A DNA stretch of 64,000 nt from the human T2T-CHM13v2.0 reference genome, Homo sapiens. Of the stretch, positions 53,169 through 64,000 are shown one piece after another. The translations under genes were made by a program, and so were the position numbers. The DNA is taken from the NCBI RefSeq assembly GCF_009914755.1, contig NC_060935.1; one strand, 5' to 3'. The stretch's first letter is position 1, and each line of letters opens with the position of its first letter. The notes beneath the pieces were generated by a model. The model ran no database searches, was not told the DNA's origin, and saw only the letters and a program-made list of their open reading frames with translations.

Positions 53169-54010
53169 CCTTGGATGATAATGATGATTTTTTTATGATG
53201 ATGGTAGTAATAATAAAAAAAAATTGAATTGAATTTATTTCTGTGGGAGTGTTACTGCATAACTTTAAAGTGCCTGCATGAGGTTTGACCAGTTTGTTTG
53301 GGATGGTCTGGCTTAAAATATAAGGCTTGACATGGACTTAACTTGGCTGCCTTTGAAGATTCCTCAAAGCAACTGACAGTCACCCTCCAGGAAAACCCCA
53401 TTCCCATGCTGCCTGTGTGGGAAAGGTATGTCAGACATCTGAAGACACCTTGTACAGAGAAAACAAACAGTAGTTTATAATATTAGGGCCAAATAGAAAT
53501 GCCCAAGGGCAGACCCTAATTTGTGATGGAGTGGTTTCTCACATGGGTGACCCTCTATACCTGTCTTCCAGGTGAGCAGCAGCTGGGAGTTGCTTATTTA
53601 ACTGTGGCTAATGATCTTCAGCCTAACCCTGGGGAGACCAGCTGGTGCTGCAGAAAAACCAGCCCTCGGGGATTACTTACTCTATGCAGAATACTTTGTG
53701 AACCACGTTACATCATCTCATTTAATGCTCAGAATCATAATCACCCACATCTGACTGAGGTTTAGACTCAAACAACTTGGCTCAGGGCACAGGACTTTGA
53801 CTTTGACAAACTGGGACTTTGAATTTGGAGCCTGAATTCTGAACCATGAACTTCACTAGTTGAATGTTCCCCATTTCTCTGAAGGGAGAGAATTGCCAAA
53901 AACTGGCCAGTAGGTGTCTTGGTTAAAGGCCTAACTGCCCCGTCCACACATCTCATGGTCTAGGATGAGTGAAGGGCTTCTGCTAGCAAGTTGTATTTAG
54001 CATGTTGAAT

Positions 54011-54195
54011 TTAGCCTGGCATGGTGGCACATGCCTGTAGTCCCATTTTTTGGGGTAGGGGGACAAGTAGATGGCTTGAGCCCAGGAGTTTGAGGTTGTA
54101 GTGAGCTATGATTGTACCACTGCACTCCAGCCTGGGTGACAAAGCAAGACCCTGTCTCTAAACACAAACAAACAAACAAACAAATAAACAAAAAA
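54011..54195 (+). mobile_element. Alu right monomer (FRAM/AluJ) with (CAAA)n tail
   Basis: TAGCCTGGCATGGTGGCACATGCCTGTAGTCCCA...CTTGAGCCCAGGAGTTTGAGG...GAGCTATGATTG. Confidence 0.85.
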
Positions 54196-54476
54196 CCGAA
54201 GTATGTTGTGTGCCTTTTTCTTTAGCACACACTTCACTCTGGTCTACATTCTAGTTGATTTTATACATAACCCAAGAGCCAGTTGCCGTTCTCTGTCTTT
54301 GACATTCAAAATAAGTTGGCTCGAGCCCCATCCATGGCAATGGCAGCCCCATATCCCTTCCAGCTCCCTGATGACTTTAAGTGTGTGTGTGACAGACAGA
54401 AGAGAGAATGTGGATTTCTCAGTCTTTTCTGCTGCCAAGGTTCTGTTTCTGCTTAATAAGTTCAGTGAATAGATCA

Positions 54477-55075
54477 CGTAAACCAAAAATAAAATTCTAA
54501 GCCCCCTGACTGAGGGACCCTCCCCTTGGCTGGGGGCATTCCAAATTATCCTGACAAACTAGTTCAAGCTATGATGGGAAGTGGGGGTCAGATATGCGTC
54601 ATAAACATCAACATAGAGACCTTAAGTCTGATAGAACAGACTTTTTAAGTCTGATAAGAAACATTCACAATCTATTCTCTCTGAAGCCTGCTACCTGGAA
54701 GTTTCATCTGAATAATAAAACCTTGGTCTCCACAATTCCTTATCGTAATGCAGACATTCCTTTCTATTTGATCCTAGGTCTTTAGATAATAACTCTTTCC
54801 ACCAAATGCCAATGAGAAAAATCTTTAAATCTACCTATGACTTGGAAGCCCCTGCTTCAAGTTGTCCCACCTTTCCAGACCAAACCAGTGTACATCTTTC
54901 ATGTATTGATTGATGTCTCATGTCTCCCTGAAGTGTATAAAACCAGCTGTACCCCCACCACTTTGGGCACATCTCATCAGGACCTCCTAAGGTTGTGTCA
55001 CAGCCATGTCCTTAACCTTGGCAAAATAAACTTTCTAAATTAATTGAGACCTGTCTCAGATACTTTAGGTTTACC
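54477..55075 (+). mobile_element. ERV1 solo LTR, MER4 group (B/D/E-like)
   Basis: (C)GTAAACCAAAAATAAAATTCTAAGCCCCC...TGTATAAAACC...GGCAAAATAAAC...TTGAGACCTGTCTCAGATAC..GGTTTAC(C). 4-bp TSD ATCA (54473-54476 / 55076-55079). Confidence 0.88.
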
Positions 55076-56714
55076 ATCATCTCATCATTAATTGGTTCTT
55101 TCTCTAATCTCCAGATGGAGAACAGAACCTCCTTTCACTTGATTTTCCCTTAAATCATTGCTCACAAGGCATTTGTGAGTATAGCAAACTTTGCAGGTTG
55201 GAAGTGATGAAAGGGTTTATTCCTTCAGGTGGCTTTGCTCCCTTCAGCTCTCCTCTCCTCTCCTCTCCCCCTCTCCCACCTTGAAAGACTCACCTTTCCC
55301 AGTCTTGCCCAAAGATTCAATAATATGCTCTGTTAAACAATGGGCCATTTACTCCAGGCTAATCATGTAGCAGAAACAAAAAGTTGGCAAGGACTTTGGA
55401 ATTTGGGTTCATGCCTCTCCTCCTATTTCAGCAAGGGCAAAGAAGAAATTTAGAAATGAGATAATCCTGACATAAATAAATAAAATTGGGATCCACCCAA
55501 TTAGAAAGCAAAAGTGGCTACTGTTAATGTAAACTGTAATTTGCAGTAATTCCTTTTTTCTCCTCTTGGTCACTTGTCTGACTTCTCTGTTAGATCACGT
55601 ACTTCCTTAGGGAAGACACTCTGTAACACCATTCCTGGGTCCCTCTGAGGACCTGCCATGGTGCCTACCAGAGCATAAGGACCAGAGAGAGCTGGTGGAG
55701 CTGAATTGCTTCTCTTGGTCATCATTTTCTGTGGAGGTCACCTTCAGAGACTGCAGTTTCTTGGCTTGGACTTTTAAAACATGGGAGGAAAAATGTATAT
55801 ACCTGGGAGAGTGTCAAATGCAGAAGTATTTTAGGGAACACTCCCAGGATTATTAGAACTGGCTCTTATCTCTGCATTTGCAGGCCCCAGCATCCAACTC
55901 CTTTGTAGGGAACACTGCTTGATCAGGGTGCCTTATTTGGATTGGTGGGGATTCTTGACTGTGCAGAGGAACTCATTCCCTGCAACCCCAGGCAGGCCTG
56001 AGTCAGGCACAGTGGGGCACAGGGCAGGCAGCTCCCTTGCTGTGAGGTCTCCATGTTAAATGTTCAACTAATTAACGTGCTCAGTGGAGGCACATCCCTT
56101 TGATTAATCACAACTTGCAGAGAATTCAGAGACTGAAAAAGCAGCACCTTTGCTTATTTACTTACTTAAGGACTAGGCACCTATATTAAAACTTTCACTT
56201 TGTCTCTAAATTAAGACATCTGCATCTGTTTTTGAGGCAATTATACAAAAGTTCTTTGTCTTTAAAAAGCCTATTTAGAAAGTTGTGAATAATAATGGTC
56301 ACAACTTTATTGACCATTTCTCAATAAAAGCCTACAAGAAAGGGAGAAAGTCTCCTAGAAAGGGAGACAAAACCAACCAAACTTAGAAGAAGATGGAATT
56401 TGGGGCTTCAAATATAAGAGTATCTGGGTTTAGTCTCCAGCTCCCTTATATCTGTAACATACTCTTTAGACTAAACCTGGAACCAGACCAAGAACATAGT
56501 AGGTATTAATTGAATGATTACATGGAAGAATAAATAAGACAAGATGTTGAGAGGCTTATCCTTTCAGCACTGAGCACACAGTATGTACACACACAAGTAG
56601 AGGGAGGCCCAGTAATGTTTCAGAAACACAGCACCCTTTTGTCAACAGAGCATGTCCATGCCATCTTGAATTAGGTATAATTTTTAATTGCTGATATTCT
56701 TTTACCAATCAAAA

Positions 56715-56877
56715 TATGCCTTATTTCTTCTAAAATGCACAGATCTTAAAGAAGCATTGTGCCACAGTTTAATTGGTGGAGATTTTTTTCTTTAATAATG
56801 TACATACAAGCATGAATTTGGTGGTAATTGTGGTGAGGCTTATATTGGTGTCATTTTAGATTTGGTGAAATACAGTA
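56715..56877. mobile_element. TcMar-Tc2 MITE remnant (Kanga/MER104-like)
   Basis: Left TTATTTC..TTCTAAAATGCACA and right TTAGATTTGGTGAAATACAGTA resemble Tc2-type TIRs. Confidence 0.45.
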
Positions 56878-57106
56878 TGTGGGAATTTCTGTTAAATTTT
56901 ATTCACATTGATTGTTTGGTTATTGTCTAAGTAATGCTTTGTTCTGTTTTTGTTGTTATTTTTGCTGTCTTAATTCTTTGTTATTTTTGAGTTCTTTTTC
57001 AATATAGGAAAGAGATAGAGATAAGATATTTAGTTGGGATATAGTGAGTTGTGACTGACATTAGTGTCCTCTGGTCAAAATAAATTTGAGGATTTCTGCC
57101 CCAGAC

Positions 57107-57300
57107 CAGGGTCAGTACACAAAGAGCCTGTGCCATCCCTCCGCATCCCTGCACCCATGTCAGACATCACTAATTGATTGCCATACTCTTTCCTGTTGGG
57201 CTCAGATAAGGGCTCCTGATCCTCACTACAGTGCCTTGGGCGGTCACTACTGATGATCTGGGCTTGGTATTAAAGATAAGACCTATCTGACATCACAGGC
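57107..57300. mobile_element. hAT-Charlie MER102-like
   Basis: CCCATGTCAGACATCACTAATTGATTG..ACTCTTTCC...GTCACTAC...CTTGG...ACCTAT. Confidence 0.6.
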
Positions 57301-57947
57301 ATTCTTGGTTCTGTTTCTGGATCAAATCAAACCATTAAAAAGCTTTGCATTTATATCTTATTTCCTTTGCATTTGGCAGCTATGCTGTAGGCTTTTATTG
57401 AGAAATGATACAAAAATTGCCTTACAAAACTGTTTTCTGCATTTTTGCAAGGAAGCTGTTAAAGTCATTATTCACTACATCGCTTGGTGCACCTCATAAG
57501 GATTTTTTAAAAAAACGTATAAGCTGCTAGGAAATATATACTTTCTGTCTCTTGAGAAACGATTCTGTTTCTTTCTCAGATGACTAGAACTATATAACTA
57601 ACTGGGTCTCTATTTTGGTTTTGGCTGCCAAGAAGCTCACAGCCAGATCTGAGAGATCTTTATAGATTCATTTAGCATTTATATTTGTGTTCTTCCTCCA
57701 GCCCCAATTTTTGACTTTTAGCCTTTATATATGTTACAGATTACTTTATATTTTATCATGCACTCATTTCCACTGTATAGTATGTATTCTTATTGTAAGG
57801 CTTTTGTAGACCAAGCTGCAGTAAAATAAGAGTGTAACTGAATGGTTTGGCCTATAAGACCAACAAGAGTTCAGGCCAAAGTTTTTACGGAGGAAAACAG
57901 GCATGCTCATAATGTGATGTAAATGATAACCTTCAGATCTGGGTGAC

Positions 57948-58159
57948 TGTGGGAGGCAGCTTCTCAGATGGCTCTCAATGATCCTTGCCCTCTGTTTTTC
58001 ACCCTATGTGTAAATCCCCTTTGCTTTGTTACGGCCTGTGAGAGACCCTGAGACAGAGGACTTCATTAAGCCACAGAAACTATGAGATAATAAACCTTGT
58101 TGCTTCAAGCCAATAAGTCGGGTGGTGATTTTTTGTGCAGCAATCGATAAACTAAAACA
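57948..58159 (+). mobile_element. Internally deleted MaLR LTR, MLT1E/F-like
   Basis: 5' TGTGGGAGGCAGCTTCTCAGATGGCTCTCAATGATCC joined to 3' TGTGAGAGACCCTGAG...CACAGAAACTATGAGATAATAAA...GCAGCAATCGATAAACTAAAACA. Confidence 0.7.
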
Positions 58160-58179
58160 AGAAGACATCCCAGCTTATG

Positions 58180-58820
58180 CAAGCTTCTCATTTGATTCAT
58201 ATGTCAACATTAATGGCTAGGTGTTATCCTCACTCCTGGTACATAGAAGGGCAACGAGCTCTGGAGCTCAGAGAGGAGCAGTTTCACAGGGAAGTTCACT
58301 CAGATAATGGCAGAGAACTTCAGATCACGTTGTTGGACTCCAAGCTCAGTGTTCTTTCCTCTACAACAGTGACTTCTTAACTCGGGCTGATATGAGCATT
58401 GTTGATGGCAACCCATTAACTAGTTAAATTGATGGAACTTGATAACTTTCACCTATATTCTCATGTGGAAGCTATAGGAACATATTTTATTGAATGTCTG
58501 GAGTGCTGTACATTTTGTTGATTGTCTCATTTGCTGGAGTTTTAGTCTTCATGTACAAAGCAGGTTGCACAGTGAATATTTAGTAATTATAATTTTACAA
58601 CAAGCATGGAGGCAACATCTGTGTGTCAGTTACTTTTTAATCTAGCTAATTCAATGTATACCATTTGAACCTCACAGCTGATCAATGAGGTAAGTTACAG
58701 ATAATGAGGACTGAGGCTCAAAGAGGTTGAAGGATTTGCCCTAGATTACCTAGAAATAAGGCCCAAAGACAGAGTTTAAACCCAGTTCTATCCAAGCTAA
58801 AACCCAAGGTTTCTTCACCA
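58180..58820 (-). mobile_element. MIR fragments
   Basis: GTTGGACTCCAAGCTCAGTGTTCTTTCC; ATGAGGACTGAGGCTCAAAGAGGTTGAAGGATTTGCCC. Confidence 0.55.
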
Positions 58821-60099
58821 CAAATTGGATTCTTTTTTTTCTGTAAGTAGATCAATTCTAGAAAACTGGCAAGTGTTGAAGTGGGGTGAAGTTTCCTTCT
58901 AAAGTTTTGTCTTTGTATTAGTGGAAAGAAATCTTTTTGAAAACCACTAAAATGCTACAGAACAAATCCTAACACCTACTCATACTACTTTTAAAATTTG
59001 GGATTCAGCATCCCGCAAATCCCTACTGTATTAAAGGACATTTTCTTGTCCCCAAAGAAAAAAAGAATAAAGACATTTTGAAATTGGTATCAGTTTCACT
59101 TTAACAGACCCTTCTCAAGGGCTTTTACATGTAAACAAGATCGTTAAACACTTAACGTGACATTTATTACCTTTAAATATTCATAAGCCACTGAGTACCG
59201 GGAAACACCTACTGCACCGTTCAAGCTGGCTGAGTCTCTCAAAATATGATGTGCACGTGAAGTACTTTCAGGAACCTCAGGTAACTTCAGGGTACAGCTT
59301 CCTCCTCTGAAACCTTAATGGCACTCACTAAGTTTACGAACCGTCTTGTTTGCAAACAAGGCAGTAAACCCAATAAAGCAATCTGTGTCTATTTCCTTAC
59401 ACGTGTGAGTAAAATTATGCTTTCCTTTAAAGAAGCCAGCAGGAAAACATGCGCATTTTGTCTGGACTTGTTCTACCAGGCTGTTCCCTTGCCCAGGGTT
59501 AAACAACCAAACCCTAGAAGGATGAAGGCTACCTTCTTTTCAGCCCTGATCATTGTGACCAGTATTTGGCATCAGTTCTAGGATGTGAGATAGGAAACTT
59601 GGACCAATGGCAGTGAGAAGAAAATGCATTTTTATTTTGTTGCAAACATTGTCCTGTGTAGATGGGAAATAAATCTACCCCCAGACACAGCGATGAAACT
59701 CTGTCTGTGCATGATTTTTTCCCTCTCTATCTCAGGAAAGTAAAAAATATTACTTAGGTATAAAGTTAGAGCAGTAAGAATCTGGAGATTGTAGGGATGG
59801 GCAGAAGAGAGAAAGATCTCTTCTCACCTTTTATTCCCTCTATGGCAAAGTCTTGTGATGCTGTCAATTCCACCGTTGTCAGTATTGAATCTCTTTCATG
59901 TTGATAGTAATCATATTAATGATTATCATACCCACTTTATAGGTAAGAAAACTGAGGTTCAGGGATTTTGAATGATTAGTTCAGAGTTGCACAGCTGGGA
60001 CTCAAAGTGCTATTTTAACCCTAAATTTAGGACTCTCTACCACAAACACCTAATTTTACAAGTTCTGCCCCTGTCCATTTGGATTTCCCAGCATCCCTT

Positions 60100-60400
60100 G
60101 AAAGAACTGGATATTAAAAGCATGAATCAGAGAAGGCCAAGGAGAGATGTGGTTTCTGTCTTCAAGTAGATGGTCATATGAGAAAGGAATTAAGGCTGTT
60201 CTGTGTGGTTTGTAGATAATGGAATGAGATCAATTGGTAGAAGTTTAAGGGAATAGATCAAAGAATTTTCTAACCATCAACACTAACCAACTTTAAAACA
60301 GACAATAATATTAGGTGGTGAGTGTCTTGTCCTAAAAATGTTCCAATAGCATCTGGCTGACCCTCTGACTGGGACTCTGTGACTGGGATCCCCGTACTGG
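60100..60400 (+). mobile_element. CR1/L3 LINE 3' fragment
   Basis: GAAAGAACTGG...AGAGAAGG...CTGTCTTCAAGTA...CTGTTCTGTGTGG...AAGAATTTTCTAAC...GGTGGTGAGT. Confidence 0.6.
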
Positions 60401-60621
60401 GGAGTATGGAATACTTCAGATTCCATAGTATGCTTGATTGCTGAGTATTGAGGGCTCTGCTATAGCTCAGCCTGAAGCTCAATTAAGTGTACTAACATAC
60501 GACTAACTTAAAAACCTCAGTATTCCACAGAGATGCTGCAGGGTTCCACAAGTGCCTGATTTGAATTTGAAGTTTTGTGTTTTCTTATATAACAAGAAAA
60601 AAAAAAGAACCTAAACATATG

Positions 60622-60899
60622 TTTTTTTGTTTTGTTGGTTTTTTTTTTTTTTTTTGAGACAGGGTCTAGTTTTGTCACACAGGCTGGAGTTCAGTGGCAC
60701 CATCAAGGCTCACCTCAGCAACGTGAGTAGCTGTTACTACAGGTATGCACCACCATGCCTGGCTAACTTTTTTATTTTTTGTAGAGAGGGAGTCTTGCTA
60801 CATTGCTCAGGCTTGTCTTGAACTCCTGAGCTCAAGTGATCCTTTTGCCTTGGCATCTCAAAGTGCTAGGATTACAAGTGTGAGCCAATGCATCCAGTC
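60622..60899 (-). mobile_element. AluJ with an internal deletion in the right monomer
   Basis: GAGACAGGGTCT...GGCTCAC joined directly to CTCAGC...GAACTCCTGAGCTCAAGTGATCC...GGATTACAAGTGTGAGCCA. Confidence 0.85.
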
Positions 60900-61070
60900 T
60901 TCATAAATGATCAAAGATGGCAGTTAAAAAGAAATAAAATTTTCAATAAATATTGCTGGGACAAATGCCTAGTTATTAGGACAAAAGTAAAGCTGGACCT
61001 TTCCCTCATTCCTTTTGTGGAAATAAATTCCAGCTTAATCAAATATTTAAACCCTAAAAATAAATATTAG
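60900..61070 (+). mobile_element. Old L1 ORF2 fragment
   Basis: ORF 60888-61070 contains IFNKYCWDKC...KLDLSLIPFVEINSSLIKYLN, similar to the L1 ORF2p stretch LFNKWCWENW...[20 protein letters not shown]. Confidence 0.7.
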
Positions 61071-62189
61071 AAGATATATGTGAGGGTAGCCACACGCATA
61101 CACACAGGCGTGCAGCACATGTGAAGGATGAAGGGCTGGCTTCCTGGTCTGCAGAGTCTTTTAGTGCATATTCCAAAGTTCTTGCACACATGTCATTGAT
61201 CAGGCAGTTATATCCCTGAATTTTTTGTTTTTAAAAGTCAGGCTTGTGCATGTTGCCCATGTGAGTTGGTTCACCCCTATCACATGGGGTGTGCTGAAGA
61301 GAGTTGTGTGATCTATTCCTAGCAAAACCCGGGTGCCTCTGTTCTTGGCATTCTCCTGTAATAACAAAATGGACAGCAGAGTAAAAATAGCAAGCACATT
61401 TCAAATGTTTTGTTGTGTGCTATTATTGAAGTAGGAATCTTTTTGTTTTCACTGGAACTTTTGGGTGATCCTTTTCTGTACTTCATATTCATGTGAAAAA
61501 TATATACAGGTGTCGTTGGAGGTCATCAGTGATTGAACTTTGAAAAGAAACTTTCCTTTGGCTCCTCTTTGAAGTTTGTGGATCAGTTGATTTGAGGGGC
61601 AGCCGGAGATCGTGAGGCAAGCTATGAAAAATGTGCCATTTGCAGCTACTTATCTGTGCAAATAAGGACATTCTCAAGACTGGCAAAGCCACACAGTGCA
61701 GGAAAATCAAATGAATGCTGAGTTTGATTTAAGGTTGTAGCTTCACAACCTCATTGTTCTCTTTGACTTAATAAGTCAATGCTACATTTTGAACTTAAAA
61801 AATACATTGGAGCTAAATAGACTTTTTTTGTTGTTGGGGCGCTTGGTATGGTGTTGTTATGGATAAAAAGTTTTCACTATTGAAAAGTTTGAAAATCAGT
61901 GACTTAAGATGTATTTTTTTCTGGAAAAAGAAGTCTTCTTTGATTATCATTGCTTTTCCTTTACTCCTTTGGCCTCAACTGTCAAGATAATACAGAACTA
62001 TGATAGGCTTTCAACTGTAATAGTGTCCATACCTTAAGTTTTCTAGGATAATTATTTCCCTTCTTTTTCCATCATTACTTCTTTTAAAGATATTTGTTTT
62101 TCTACTATCTGTCAATTGGCTTTTTTTTAAAAAAAAAAAAAATTAAAACTACTTCTTATTCTGGAGGCAGGTGGGATATATTTGGTCAA

Positions 62190-62580
62190 GAAATATTTAA
62201 TGTGATGGATATTTATTGCCTGTCTACTATATTTCAGGTACATTTCTAGGTGCAGAGAAATTAGATAACAAAGGAGAGTCTCCAGCCTCATGGAGTTTGC
62301 TTTCTAATAGGTTGACATAGACAATAAACAAATGTATACTATGTCAGGAAATGATGAGGGCTAAGCAAGCTAAGCAGGCAGAGTGAGGGCTGGAGGATGG
62401 ATGTCCCATTTTAAGTCACAGTTGGCCTCTCGGAAAAAAATATGATTTGAACAGAGACTTGAATGAAGTGAGGAAGAAAGGCATAATGACATCTGAGGGC
62501 AGAGGTGACCTGTCTGAAGAATCCAGAAAGGGCGTGAGGTGGAGCCTTGGACACCATGCATGTAAATTTAGAAAATGAGA
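62190..62580 (-). mobile_element. L2 fragment
   Basis: ATATTTATTG...CTACTAT...CAGCCTCATGGAGTTTGC...TTTGAACAGAGACTTGAATGAAGTGAGGAAG. Confidence 0.7.
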
Positions 62581-62924
62581 ATGAGGGAGGCGATTGCATT
62601 TCTCCCTTTGTCAGCGGAAATGAGTTGGGACAGGGGACTGCCAATAGCATTCCCTAACCTGCCTGCCTCTCTGTCCACTCACTACTGTGGACACTTGTTC
62701 CCAGGGCTCAGCCAGTCTTTCTGGAGAGCTCAGGAGCCACTGAAATCTTACTACCATATTCCTCAGGTTCTGCCTTCTTTAGTGCCACTTTTCTACCGAC
62801 ACCGACATCTACAGCATTCTGGCTCAGCCCGTAGCTCCCAAGCTATTTCTAGTCAATAGCTGACCTACCAGGGGGGTTAACCTTGCCAGTTAGGCCAGGC
62901 ACCTTGACTGCCAAATAATTATGA

Positions 62925-63160
62925 CGGTGATGGTGGTGGTGGTGGTGGTGGTGATGATAGCAGCACCTACCACTTATTGAGCACTCACTCTAAAGAAGTG
63001 TCAACAATCTTTCAGGGCAGCTAATATTTTCAATCTACAAATGAGGAAACTGAGGCTCAGAGAGGACAAATGCATTGCTTTACGCCTCACAGGTTGGGAG
63101 AGATAAGCTGGTGTTTGAACGCAGGTCTATCTGACTCCAGAGAATGAGTCCCTTCTACTA
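62925..63160 (-). mobile_element. MIR preceded by a (GGT)n run
   Basis: (GGT)n at about 62930-62955, then CACTTATTGAGCAC...ATGAGGAAACTGAGGCTCAGAGAGG...TTTGAACGCAGGTCTATCTGACTCCAGAG. Confidence 0.75.
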
Positions 63161-64000
63161 CTGGGTGCTCCTGAGGGTCAATGCAGGTTGCTGTGTAGTC
63201 ATTAACAAGTAACCCACACCAACTGCATGCCTTTTGGCCTTGTATCAAGGATTGAGCTTCTTTCATGGTTCCTAATTATTGCTCCAGTCACTTGTTGAGA
63301 GGACACATTGACTGGTATTTTCCAGAACCTTGCCCAGAATGGTGGTCCCTGTCCATCATTACCTGAGAATCCACTGAAACAGGTCCTCTATAAACCATAC
63401 GAACAACCCTGGACATCAGTGCTGATAGGCATTTTGGCTGCCATGCCTCAGCTGTCATGGAGCAGCCCCAGATTTGCCACCTTTTAAAGAATTCCATATA
63501 ATTTAAACTTCTTGTTACCTGCTTCAGGGACCAGTCCTTTTAGTGAATGGTTTTCCTTAGACTGAGTCCCAGACAGACACTGCCTGGCTTACTCTTCTTT
63601 CTGAGTTTGCCTGGGCTATAATCCTTTTCCTTGATGTGAGAACATGTTCCACAAATGCAGAACTATAATGAGCATTTTTGCCAAGATTTTATCCTCTATA
63701 TGCTCACTTTTTTGGGATATGTTCCAAAACAATTTTTTTTTAACAGGATAATTTCTGGGGAGAAAGCTTACTCTGTTTAAAACCTGATATTTCAAGGGCA
63801 GATGAAAGATTTTTTTCAAGAATTAAGAAAACACTTCATCATTTATTTCTTTGGCAGAGTATCTGCATGTGTTTCTTTTGAAATCCTCAGAAATTAAGGC
63901 CATACTGTATTCATTTTCAAATTATAGAAAATACACTAAAGAAGAAATGAACAGAAGAGAAGAAAGACACGCTTTGCTAAAAGCCATGTTTTCTTAAATT

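Noticed and set aside
54620-54660. Direct repeat TTAAGTCTGATA
   Set aside because: Internal to the MER4-group LTR and probably part of the family structure.
60480-61905. Possible fragmented hAT-Charlie element around the AluJ and L1 pieces
   Set aside because: Only terminal-like hints (AAAAGTTTGAAAATCAGTG). Too weak to call without an HMM search.

Overview
This is non-coding, repeat-rich hominid DNA, very likely human: it carries a full-length SVA plus AluY/S/J, L1, HAL1, L2, MIR, CR1/L3, MaLR, ERV LTRs and DNA transposons. I find no supportable protein-coding gene, RNA gene, CRISPR array or operon-like system. The longer ORFs are SVA-VNTR, Alu/LTR or L1 artefacts, or featureless frames. The locus cannot be named from sequence alone. 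Two kinds of structure stand out. (i) Clearly ordered nested insertions: an SVA in a Tigger13a-like element next to its TIR; an LTR inside an AluSp; two different MaLR LTRs sharing one 5-bp target (GGGAG x3); and an L2>MLT1D>Alu stack with CAAGG x3. (ii) Several repeat-free, motif-dense islands (about 15.5-16, 21.3-21.5, 23.9, 32.4-32.7, 42.0-42.3, 56.05 and 59.1-59.5 kb) that look like candidate developmental enhancers. There are also two old local duplications, closely spaced inverted Alus and a few perfect palindromes. Repeat families were assigned by eye from remembered consensus sequences, so subfamily calls and the boundaries of old elements are approximate. I do not see a novel biological system here; the best leads are regulatory and insertional.
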